Program-made: the position numbers and the translations under genes | The notes under the pieces: model-generated | Seen by the model: only the letters and a program-made list of their open reading frames with translations | What the model was told of the DNA's origin: nothing | The model's database searches: none | Source: Cycas panzhihuaensis | Taxonomy: Eukaryota; Plantae; Cycadophyta | Assembly (NCBI GenBank): GCA_023213395.1 | Contig: CM041465.1 | Coordinates: 248,813,741-248,877,740 of the forward strand | Direction: 5' to 3' | DNA length: 64,000 nucleotides | In this document: one piece after another, positions 39,680 through 50,818 of the stretch | Numbering within the stretch: position 1 is the first letter of the stretch | Layout of the letters: each line of letters starts with the position of its first letter

Positions 39680-42600
39680 GCCCTCAAAGCTTGACTAGTC
39701 CAGGATGCTCTTAGATAAATTACTCACTTTTCCAAGTTGAATCGTCATGTGGCAACTGCTTCCATTTGATGAGATACTCTTTGATGTGTCGAGAGCACAA
39801 ATGCCTAACCCTTTCCTCCAATATTCGTTCAGGTATCAGTTGAAGCCTCCCTTCATTATCCAATATTGGCAATTACTTGTCAGTGCACTTCATCGCTCAA
39901 TTACCCTTTTAAGACAAGATACATGGAAAACATTATGGATTTTAGTTGTTATAGGTAACTCCAAGGCATAAGCCACTTCCCCCACTCGTTTAAGGATTTT
40001 ATAAGGTCCATAAAACCTTGTCTCCAACTTGTGTTTACCCTCTCTTTTAAGTGAAGTTTGCTTGTATGGTTGCAAGTGCAAGTAAACCCAATCTCCTACT
40101 TGAAACTCTCGTTCATTTCTTCATTTATCTACTTGTTGTTTCATTCGATTCTGAGACAAGTTAAGGTTTTCCTTCAATATCTTGAGTGTCTCTACCGTTT
40201 GTTGTAGATGCTCCTCCACTCCTTAAACTTTAGAATTCTCTATGGCGTAGTTCTTAATAGATGGTGGTTCATACCCATATAATGCATGGAAGGGAGTTGT
40301 TTTTGTTTCTATATGGTAAGTAGTATTATACCACCATTCTGCCATGGGAAGCCAATGATGCCATTAATTTTGTTTATCCGATACGTAGCATCGGAGATAT
40401 CCTTCTAAACATTTATTAACCACCTATGTTTATCCATCTGTTTGTGGGTGGTATGATGTGCTCATTATTAGTTTTGTACCTAAGGCTTGGAAGAGTTCAG
40501 TCCAAAAAATGCTTATGAACTTTGGGTCTCTGTCACTAACAATCTTCTTAAGCATTCCATGGAGCCGATATATCTCTTTTAAGAAAACCTCAGCAATTTG
40601 TTTTGCTTTATAAGTAGATTGGATTCCACAAAAATGAACATACTTTGTTAATCTATCAACAACTACAAGGATGGCATCCCTCCCATCCGGTTTTGGTAAT
40701 CCTGTGATGAAGTCCATGGATATTTCTTCCCATCTTTGATTTGGTATAGGGAGTGGATGCAATAGACCAGGCATCTTGCTCATTTCACCCTTTTGTCGTT
40801 GGCACACTTCACAAGCTGCAACCCATCTTTTAGTATCTTGCTTGAGCCCATTCTAATAGAAGGATTGATTAATCCTTTGGTAAGTCTTTAGGAATCTAGA
40901 ATGGCCTGCTATTGGAGAGGCATGTACATCATGCAATATCTTCTCCTTAATCTTAGAATCAAGACTAAGATATATTCTATTTTTGTACCACAGGATGTTT
41001 CCTACCCATGAAAAGCTTTTATGACTATCTTAATCAACCTGTAGATCCTGTATTAATTGCATTATCTTGGTATCCTTTTCCCACTCTTCCCTTGCCTCCT
41101 CAATCCATGAAGAGGTAACTGTTATTAATGCATATAATATAGAATCTCCTTCCTTTCGTGATAGGGCATCAGCTGCTATATTTTCCTTTCCTTTTTTATA
41201 TATGATTTCAAAATCAAAACCTTGCATTTTAGAGACCCATTTTTGTTGTTCCTCAGAACCTACGCTTTGGTCCAAGAAATACTTCAAGCTTTCGCGGTCT
41301 ATCTTTATTTGGAAATGGGTTCCAAGTAAATATTGGTGCCATTTTTTAATTGCTTGTAGGATTGCCATCATCTCTTTTTCATATGTAGACTTGACTAAGT
41401 CCTTGGACTTCAGTTTTTGACTTTCAAAGGCTATGGGCCTCCCTTCTTGCATGAGGACTCCTCCAATACCTTGTCCCGAGGTATCACATTCAATGATAAA
41501 TGTTTTAGTGAAGTCAGGAGTTGCTAAAACTGGTGTTGTAGTCATGGATACCTTTAGGCTATCAAAGGCTTCAGTAGTGACATCTGTCCATATGAATGAA
41601 TCCTTCTTTAATAATTGTGTCAAGGGTGTTACAATCTTGGCATACCCTTTAACAAATTTTCGGTAGTACCCTGTTAAACCCAAGAATCCATGTAGCCCTT
41701 TGATGTTTTTGGGTTGTGTCCAATTTACTATGGCTTCAATCTTCATTGGATCAACCTTGACTCCCTCTTATGAGATGATGTGCCCCAAGTACTCCACTTC
41801 ATGCCTTCTAAAATTATATTTTGATCTGTTTGCAAAGAGTTTATTGTCTTCTAATAATTGCAAAACCTTATCAACATGTTGAAGATGTTATTTCTTTGTC
41901 CGGCTATACACTAAGATGTCATCAGAAAACACCAAGATAAACTTCCTTAGATAAGGTTGAAAGATTTTATTCATGAGCCCTTGGAATGTGGTTGGTGCAT
42001 TGGTTAAGCCAAAAGATAATGACTAGGAATTCATAGTGGGCTTCATGGGTGCAAAAAGCTATTTTGTAAGCATCAACAGCCTTGATTCTGATTTGGTGAT
42101 ATCCAGATTTTAAATCTGTGGTGGTGAAAAGGGTTGTTCCATTCAATTCATCTAATAACTCATTAATCACTGGTATGGGAAATTTATCTTTAATAGTAAT
42201 TTTATTTAATTCCCGATAATCCACACACATACAAAAGGATCCATCCTTCTTTTTTACCAATATTACAGATATCAAAAATATGCTTTTACTTTCCCTGATA
42301 GCCCCAGCTTCAAGAAGTTCATGCACCAATTTTTCAATTTCATTCTTCTACTGATAAGGATATCTATAAGACTGGATGCTAGGTGGATTGCTACCAGCAA
42401 TAAGTTCAATGGCATGATCTTGTTCCCTTTCTTGAGGAAGCCCCTTAGGAATGTCTTCAAAAACCTTGCTATGTTTGACTAACACTTCTTGCAATTTAGG
42501 TGTTAGATTATTGTCCTTATGAAGATCTTCCTTTGCTACTAACTCATGCCCTTCTAATGTATAACATCTAACTATAAGTCCAGTTCCACCTTTTCTTAGA

Positions 42601-43226
42601 AGCTTCTCCATCCTATATAAGTTGATGACCTGTGATGGAGGTGGGCTAATTCCATTGAGTTGGTACTGTTGCCCTCCTGAGTTAAAGCAGATGAATAATT
42701 CCTCCAAGTTAAGTTGAAAAGTACCTAATGTTTTTAGCCATTGTACTCCCAAAACCACATCGACTCCTCCCACTGGAATGGCATACATTGAGGAAGCCAA
42801 TTGGTAATCTCCCATAGTCATTTAAATATTATGGCATTTATCTCCATAGGCTAACGTACCACCATTAGCAACCATAACTTGAAAATTCTTAACTGGATAA
42901 GGAAAACAATTTAGTTCTTCTGTAAGTTTCCTATTGATAAAATTATGGGTGCTTCCTGAATCAATTAAGATGACTACCCTTTTTTTCTTAATGTATCCTA
43001 TAATCTTCAAGGTCTGTCGAGCTACAATCCCTGCTAAAGCATGGACAGATATTGTTGATGTGTTCTCTTCTTCAATGTTTAGTGGTTTAGGAGCAATATC
43101 ATCTTCTACAATAGCTTCTTTTAGATCTTCTTCCTATGTATCTTCAATGATGAATAGTCATCTTTCTGAACATTTATGATCTTTATTCCACTTCTCATTG
43201 CATTAAAAATAAATACCCTTTATCAT
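39680..43226 (-). pseudogene. pol pseudogene of chromovirus F (Zn knuckle, PR, RT, RNase H, INT, chromodomain)
   Basis: LIDSGSTHNFI (42822-43010); [19 protein letters not shown] (41967-42329); [25 protein letters not shown] (41030-41746); ISMDFITGLP..SDRD..YHPQTDG (40430-40807); GPYKILKRVGEVAY.LELP; chromodomain EYLIKWKQLP.DDSTWE (~39700-39840). Confidence 0.96.
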
Positions 43227-43228
43227 TT

Positions 43229-43485
43229 GCTCTGATACCACTTATAACGAATCATTACACCAAAACCCCAAGGTGTTAGTGAAGATGGCCCCCTACCAAG
43301 TAGACCATTACCTCCCCCCTAGTTCAAATGGGCTAGCCCCGCTTTCACCGACGTTCTTGCATCCCACAGGCCCCGACTATGATGGCGTTTTACGCATCAG
43401 CGATATTTAGCACGTCACCCCACCGCCCCCATAAGCGGTGTTGCCCCCACGGGATTTGAACCTGGGTCTTGCCTCTGATACCACT
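43229..43485 (-). mobile_element. TRIM-like cassette: PBS - B-box - PPT - 68-bp mini-LTR - second PBS
   Basis: PBS1 43472-43483; GGTTCAAATCC 43452-43462; PPT AGGGGGGAGG 43311-43320; mini-LTR 43243-43310, whose last ~25 bp match the U5 end of the F LTR; PBS2 TGGTATCAGAGC 43229-43240. Confidence 0.7.
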
Positions 43486-43793
43486 TGTAATGAACCGTTA
43501 CACCAAAACCAGAATCAAAAGAGGAAAATCTAATTGCATATGATAACACAAAATCAAAATTACATATAAGAGTATAAAACATCTGTAATCACATGTATCG
43601 ATGGGCATCTTTGAGGGGGCAACCTCCAATACATAAGATCACAATACTTCCAAATGATCCTCACTCCTATATTACATACATATATATAGGGCTATTAAGA
43701 CTACCCATCTCTTACACTTATGAATGTGGGATAATTATAAGAATAGAAATATAAGATTTGAGAAGAAGAGAGATAAGGGTTAGGTTCTTAATA
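43486..43793 (-). repeat. 5' LTR of element F
   Basis: tgtaatgaacc...ttcttaata; adjacent to the PBS. Confidence 0.96.
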
Positions 43794-43954
43794 AGATAGA
43801 TCATTATAAGGATTATTAATTACTTTTCATTAAAATGATATCTCATATATATTTAGATGTAGTTTTTCCCATCTAGGGCTTTCCACATATAAATTTGATG
43901 TATCATTATGATATTTTTCTATTATGTATGACTATGTAAAATGGATATGTGCAT

Positions 43955-44343
43955 TGTTAAAACATTAATGATATCTTATTTGTAAATGTATCTTTTATAT
44001 CTATGTATCATTAGTTGTACCATATTGTAATTGAATTGTAATGTATGATGTTGTTAGATCTACCCCTTATTGAATAATGAGCCAATTGTATTGGCTCGTT
44101 ATGTCAGGTAATTAAATTAATATTCGAGATGTATCGTGGCCTATAAATTATGCATGAACGCTCTTCTATATACATTGAATTTCTAGATACAATGAAGCTC
44201 TACCAAATTGAAGATTGACGATGCCAACTAATTTGGTCATCTCTATTTTGTATAAAGAATTTGTATTGAACTATCATTTACTTTATTTCTACTTTTATTT
44301 AGGTATGCACATGAATATTTTAGATCTTGTGTTGATTTTTTCA
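43955..44343 (+). repeat. 5' LTR of element H
   Basis: tgttaaaaca...ttttttca. Confidence 0.95.
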
Positions 44344-46170
44344 TGGTATTAGAGCTATATTATGTGTATGTACTCAGTCAATTATAGGTATATGACATTG
44401 GAGAAAGCTTGGTTCTATTTTGTTATAAAAATAGGACCCTCATTTGATCTTGTTCACTTCCACTCAAAAAAATGACAATCTATTTAAATTATTTAGGACT
44501 CTATTTGTGATGTTCGATTGCCATCCTTACCATGTCAGTCATCTGTTAGCATTTGGCCTTTACATGTATAGTTATAATTGTGGATGTGGATCATGTTTTG
44601 GACCTGATTACTATCACGCATGTCATCATAGTTATCCTCTAAGAGTCTTGGATTCTTCACCTCATCTCTACGACTATAACCTACTACTAGTAACCTTCTT
44701 GTAGCTATGACCTATCATCTATCAATTTGTCTGAGGCATCACATCCCCTGCCTTGTGTGATACATCTATTGCTCATTGTCTAGTGTCGTGGATCTAGTGG
44801 TGTTTACTCCTCAGCTTAAACAAGCCTTACTTCACTCCTTGGTTATCCTCTATCACCTCCCTATAATTGCCTGAGGTAGGTCACGATCAAAGCAAGTGCT
44901 CTAGCATATAAGTGATTTTGATCGAACCTTGTTTTTACTTTCAATTTGTCATCATTTATATCTTTTTTACTCCTTGTTCACTGTGAAATTACATGGCTCA
45001 TATAAATCATTAGATCGCCCCCCCCTCCCCACTAAAGTTTGATGTGATTTATGTATATTTGAATTTTATTATAAATCTGCCAGCCCCTCCTGGGTCTAGT
45101 AGGTGGTCACATGGAGCAACCCAATGACTAAGGGATTAGTAGCCAAGAGGGCTTAAGCCCATTTCATTTATGTTTTTATTGCCTAAGGAGGTATGCTCAT
45201 TGTTTTAATGATAAATGTGCAACGAGAGGTTTGTCTTTCAAACTATAAGATCTACCAAAATCTAGAGTTAGAGCTCTACAACCTAGAGTTAGTTTTAGAT
45301 TAATTTGGATAGAATTTTAGGGCATTTGATTTAGTTAAAGTAAACCCTTTTTAATGATTGTTTTACTAATTGAGGACTTATTTCACATATTTCAAAGGGA
45401 ATTTTTTGTTATTTATTATTCACATTCATCTCATTAATTGTTCTACCTAATTTGTGGTTAACATTTATATTTTCCTTGTGGTTGTAGGTGCCCTACTTAA
45501 GTGAAGGAGGTTACTCTCATCTTACAACTATAGTCCTTCTTTTAACACCCTAAGCCCTACCCTCTTTTCATTTATTTAAATTTCCTTTTAGTCTCCTCCT
45601 TTTTTTTTTTTTAATTAAAAAGGAACCCTCATTTTAAAACGACCACACTTAAAAAGAAGTTAAACTTGAAAGATTAAAAAGGTAATTCTAAATTTAAACA
45701 TCAAAATTTTTTCAACCTTGTAAGGGGAATGATTAGGATCCCTGAAGTTATCACTTCACATACGAGTTTTCTTTTTATCAAACTCTGTAGATATTAGAGA
45801 AAGTTATTGGCTATAAGGTGTATTGGGTGGCAGATTTAGGTGTAAACCATCCTTAGAGTTTGGAGACTAGGCTAGACACGAAGGAGATGAGTGCCTTGGT
45901 TTATAGTTCTTTACTATATCTATTATTCGATATAAATCTAGTATAGGCAAACAAACAGTGTTAGGGGGGCACATCAACCTTCCATGCTTATAGAGCTTAA
46001 CTTCCTCATGTACTAAAGTATATAGAGTCCCTGAACTACCACTTATGAGTAGACACCACTAAACAAAATAACAATCAAGGGCTACCTAGAAACCCTTAAG
46101 GCTATAACATTTTAGTTTAGTAGCACATTAGGTAGATAGAACATAGAAACACACAAATATAGTAACATAA

Positions 46171-49100
46171 ATGCTAGTGGTAAACACCATCAAACTAAGT
46201 GGAACCAACAAATGTTTTGGCTTGGAAGAAACAAGTAAAAACTTTTTTATTATGAATGACTATTGGGCCTATGTAAATGGGGACATTGTTCAATTAGCAC
46301 CAACCAAAGGCCCAAACAATCTAAACTAAGAGATTCCTACTTATCATGTTGCCCTAGCTGCCTTTAAGGCCAAAGATAACATTGCCCTTCCCTTCCTTCA
46401 CCTTGTTGTTAAAGACTAAGTTGACCAAAATATTGAAACTGTTAAAACCTCTCATGAAGCTTAGAGCACCATATACTCCCTTTATGAGAGAAAAGATGAC
46501 TCTAAATCAATCACTTTGAAAGCTTGCCTCTTTTCCATTCCTTTTATTGGTAATATAGCTTCACACCTTATTAAAATTAAAAGTATAAGAAATTAACTCC
46601 ACAACATCGGTACCCCTCCTGCTGATCATGACTTAATATCAAGTATTATCAACACCCTTCCCTTTGAATATAATAGTTTTGTATCCCACCTATATGATAG
46701 CTTTTCCACAATGAGTTCAACATCTTAGAAGGAGTTTTACTTAGAGAGGAGGGCATCCTAAATCACTAAGGAGTGGAATCCACTTCAACAGCCACCTCAA
46801 TAGCAACCCCTTGCCCAACAATTTTGTTTATTGAACCTCACTCAATAACAATAATAGTCACAACCATCAAGGAATCAATAGCAAAGATAAAATATCACTT
46901 GCTTATATTATGACAAGAATGACAATCTTATAGTAGATTGTAGGAAAAGACAAGTAGACCCGTAACTTTTACAAATTTAAACTAGACAATAAAGGAGACA
47001 AAATTTTTAATAAAACAGGAATCAAGGAAGAAATCAAAATAAGAGGTAATCCAATAGGCAATAACAAAGAAACTAACCAAGGAATCTAAGTAACAACAGG
47101 AATTTCGAATAAGGAGGCAATGTAGTCAATTCTTAAGGCAACTATAAAAACTTGTTCTTTGCAGCCTTCTCATCCCAACATGGTGATAATTCTTGGTTGA
47201 TAAATTTTGGTGCCACTCACCATATGACTGATATTGAAATTTTGCTCAAGGATACACATGTTATAAGGTCTTAAACAATTATATTTGGAGATAATCTCAT
47301 TTCTGATGCAATCAAAATTGGTAGAGCCCCCATTGCAATGAATAACTTCAATGGTGGAAATCACATTAGTAACATTCTCTTGGTGCCTAGTGTGAAACAA
47401 AACCTGTTGTCAGTTAGCCATATAGACAAATAAAATCTTGAGGTTCTATTCAATCAAAGTGTCTGCACCATCACAGATCATGCTACAGGTTAATTAATTG
47501 CTATAAGACATGAGAACAATAGGTTATATAAGCTTGATGGAGTTTCCCACATCACTACCATACAACAAGATTCTTGTGCTTCTATACAAACAAATCACCT
47601 TAATAAAGGCAAGGGAATCTTAGTTGAAGATCCACCTATTAAAGAAATTATAGGTGAATGTTCATACCATAGCACCAAGGACCAATTATGGCATCAATTC
47701 TTAGGTCATCTGAACATGCAAAGCCTCAATGTCATATATAGCATATAAATGGTACACAACTTGCCTAAGATAAAAAGGAATAGTTGCATTTATGAGGCCT
47801 ATTTAGTTGGAAAATAACATAAAGATCTATTCACTTTAAAAAAGGCCTAGCATGCCTCTAAACCATTGGGGTTAATCCACTTAGATATATATGGACCTAT
47901 GTTAGTTCCTTCCCTCAATGGAAGTTAGATCTTCATGACTTTCATTGATGATTATTCATTGAAAGTTTGGGTCTACTTTCTTTGATACAAATTTAAAGCT
48001 TTTGAGAAATTTAAGGACTCTAAGGCTGAAGTTGAGAATGAAACCAGCAAGACTATCAAAATGTTTATTAGATAAAAGAGAGAGTATACATTAAGATAGT
48101 TTACCAACTTCTACTGAGAATTTAGGATCAAATGCTGATTCTCCACTCCTAACACACTCTAACAAAATAGTGTAGTAGAAAGAATGAACCAAACTTTGAT
48201 GAATAAAGCAAATGCTATGTTGAGTGCTGCAAATCTTGCTACTTGTTTTTGGGCTAAAGCTTTATCAACTACTATATATTTAACAAATAGAAGTGCCACC
48301 ATAGTTGTACAAGATATAACACCCAAGGAGGCTTGGTCAAGCCAAAGGCCTACCATCTGACATTTAAGGATATTTGACTACACCACATACAAGTTCATCC
48401 CCAAAGAAAATAGGAAAAAATTGGATGATAAGAGCTTCAAGTATGTTTTCATTGGTTATGTACCCAAATGTAAAGTTTACAAGGTGTATGACCTTATTGA
48501 AAATCATGTATACTTAACTCAGGACATTATCTTTACTGAAGAAATGCTAGACTTTAACCCATCTCAAATTTAATTTATCCTAGATGATGATATTGGTGTA
48601 TCTTAAGTGCCTCTTACATCAATTATTGAGCCTCTTACACCAACAACATCCTACACATCAACTCCATCCTCAACTCTATTAGCTTCAACCTCAAATTTAG
48701 ATGCCACCTCTGTAATGCCACTTATATCATTAAATGATCTTCAGGTGGAGGTTACTAGTATCCAAAAATCTCATAAGTGATACCTACAAGTGATAAACGA
48801 TGTATCTCCTCCTCGTACTACTCCTAAGAGAGAGTCTAAGATAAGGCATTCAATAAATTATACCATAATAGCATGTGCTCTCGAGACTCTTAAGCCTTCT
48901 ACGTTTAATGAGGCAATCATAGACCAAACATGGAAAGTTACCATGGACAAAGAAATGAATTCAATCATCAAGAATGACACATAGGAGCTAACCGAATTGC
49001 TACTTAAAAAAAAGCCAATTGATTATAGATGATAATATAAAATAAAATTTTATACCAATGCCATTATTGGGCATCACAAAGCTTGCTTGGTAGCAAAAGG

Positions 49101-50420
49101 TCTCAAACAATAAGAGGGGATAGATTATGAAGAGACCTTTGCACCTATTGCTAATATGACCACATTCCATCTAGTTATGTCACAGCTCAATTCAATTGGC
49201 ATGCATACTAGATGGATTTGAAGAGTGCCTTCCTGAATGGAGAGCTCACTGAAGAACTTTTTTTAGGCAACCTCCCAACTATATTATTCATAGAAAAAAA
49301 TATTTAATCTATAAGCTCAAGAAAGCTCTCTACGTACTGAAGTAGGTACCTTGTCCTTTGTATGCTAAAATTGATGCCTTCTTCATACAACATGGATTCA
49401 CTCATTTACCCTATGATCCTAGTCTATATATTCGAATTAGAGGTAATTTAATCACTATCATAGTTCTTTATATGGACAACTCAGTAATTACTAAAAATTA
49501 CAATGAAGGTATAGCTTGGTTCTAATCAAAACTCAAAAGCAACTTTGAGATGATTGACCTCCGGTTGTTACATTATTTCTTTGGTATTGAGGTGTGGTAG
49601 GAACCTGGTTATATATTCTTCTCATAATCTAAATATACACATGAACTTCTATAGCAGTTCAAAATGAGCGATTGTAAACCATCACCCATACCAATGGAAA
49701 TAGGGACCAACCTTGTACTAGATAAACAAGACAAGCCCTTTGATCCTACTTTGTATGAGTATTTAGTTGGGAGTTTGATCTACCTCACTCATACTTAATA
49801 AGATCTCTCCTATGTAGTTAGGATCTACTCTAGATACATGTTATAGCCCAAGGTATTTCACTGGAAAGTCATCACTAAAATCTTCAAGTACATCTGTGAC
49901 ACACTTCAGGTTAGTCTTGATTATAACCAAGCTAACAATCCTATCTTAAAAGGATATATAAATGTTAATTAGGCTAGTTTCCAAGACTCACACCATTCTA
50001 TGCCAAGGTACTACTCTGAATAAACTCAGTTGTAGTTTCTTACAGCTATAAGAAATAACCAAATATTACTCTCTCCTCCATGGAAGATGAGTATAAAGCA
50101 ACTATTTATGCCACTACTGAGGTGATTTAGCTATGTAGGATTCTTACTGAACTTAGACTTCAACAAACTCAAGCCACCACTCTCTATTATGATAATCAAA
50201 ATATTTTAAAGATGACTAAGAATCTTATCTTCCATGCAAGAATTAAACATATAGAGGTTCATCATCACTTTATCCATGAACATGTACAAAATAGAGAAAT
50301 TGACCTTGTGTACTGACCAACTAAGGACCAAGTTGCAGATATCTTCACTAAAGTACTTAGTAGATGAAAGTTTGAAAGATTTTGGCATGACCTTAGCATC
50401 AAGTCAAATGAAGTTATCAT
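46171..50420 (+). pseudogene. gag-pol pseudogene of copia H
   Basis: LWHQFLGH (~47690); LIHLDIYGP..TFIDDYS (~47870-47960); PSTFNEA..W..TMDKEMNSIIKNDT (48790-48984); QVADIFTK (~50330). Confidence 0.92.
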
Positions 50421-50430
50421 TAAGGGAGGG

Positions 50431-50818
50431 TGTTAAAACATTAGTGACATCTTATTTATAAATGTATCTTTTGTATCTATGTATCATTAGTTGTACCATA
50501 TTATAATTGAATTATAATATATAGTATTGTCAGGTTTGCCCCTTACCAAATAACAAGCCAATTATATTGGTCTATTATGTTGGCTAATTAGATTAATATT
50601 TGAGGTATATCATCACCTATAAATTATACCCAAGTGCTCTTCTATGTACATTGAATTTCTAGATACAATGAAGCTCTACTAAATTAAAGACTTATGGTGC
50701 TAACTAATTTGGTCATCTCTATTCTATGCAAATAATTTACATCGAAATGCCATTTATTTTATTTATGCTTTTATTCTGTATGCACACGAATATTTTAGAT
50801 CCTATGTTGATTTTTTCA
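50431..50818 (+). repeat. 3' LTR of element H
   Basis: tgttaaaaca...ttttttca. Confidence 0.95.

Larger units (their letters stand above)
39346..43793 (-). mobile_element. Element F: Ty3/gypsy chromovirus (Reina-like), gag-deleted, carrying a TRIM-like cassette
   Basis: 308-bp LTRs at 39346-39653 and 43486-43793 (24 mismatches, 21 of them transitions). Perfect TSD AGATA/AGATA, PBS at 43472-43483, PPT at 39654-39668. PR-RT-RH-INT-chromodomain. Confidence 0.96.
43955..50818 (+). mobile_element. Element H: full-length decayed Ty1/copia
   Basis: LTRs 43955-44343 and 50431-50818 (about 67 mismatches in 388 bp). Perfect TSD TGCAT/TGCAT, PBS tggtattagagc at 44344-44355, PPT aagggaggg at 50422-50430. 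Confidence 0.96.

Noticed and set aside
41067-41882. Plus-strand ORFs 41067-41420, 41433-41666 and 41700-41882
   Set aside because: Antisense shadows of the F pol reading frame.
43380-43420. Possible hammerhead ribozyme (retrozyme): CTGATGCGTAAAAC on the minus strand
   Set aside because: It lacks the CTGANGA/GAAA core and helix II, and I could not pair a helix III with a cleavage triplet. An Infernal search on the family consensus would settle it.
43430-43485. tRNA gene
   Set aside because: Only a T-arm/B-box-like motif is present; no D-arm, anticodon arm or acceptor stem could be built.
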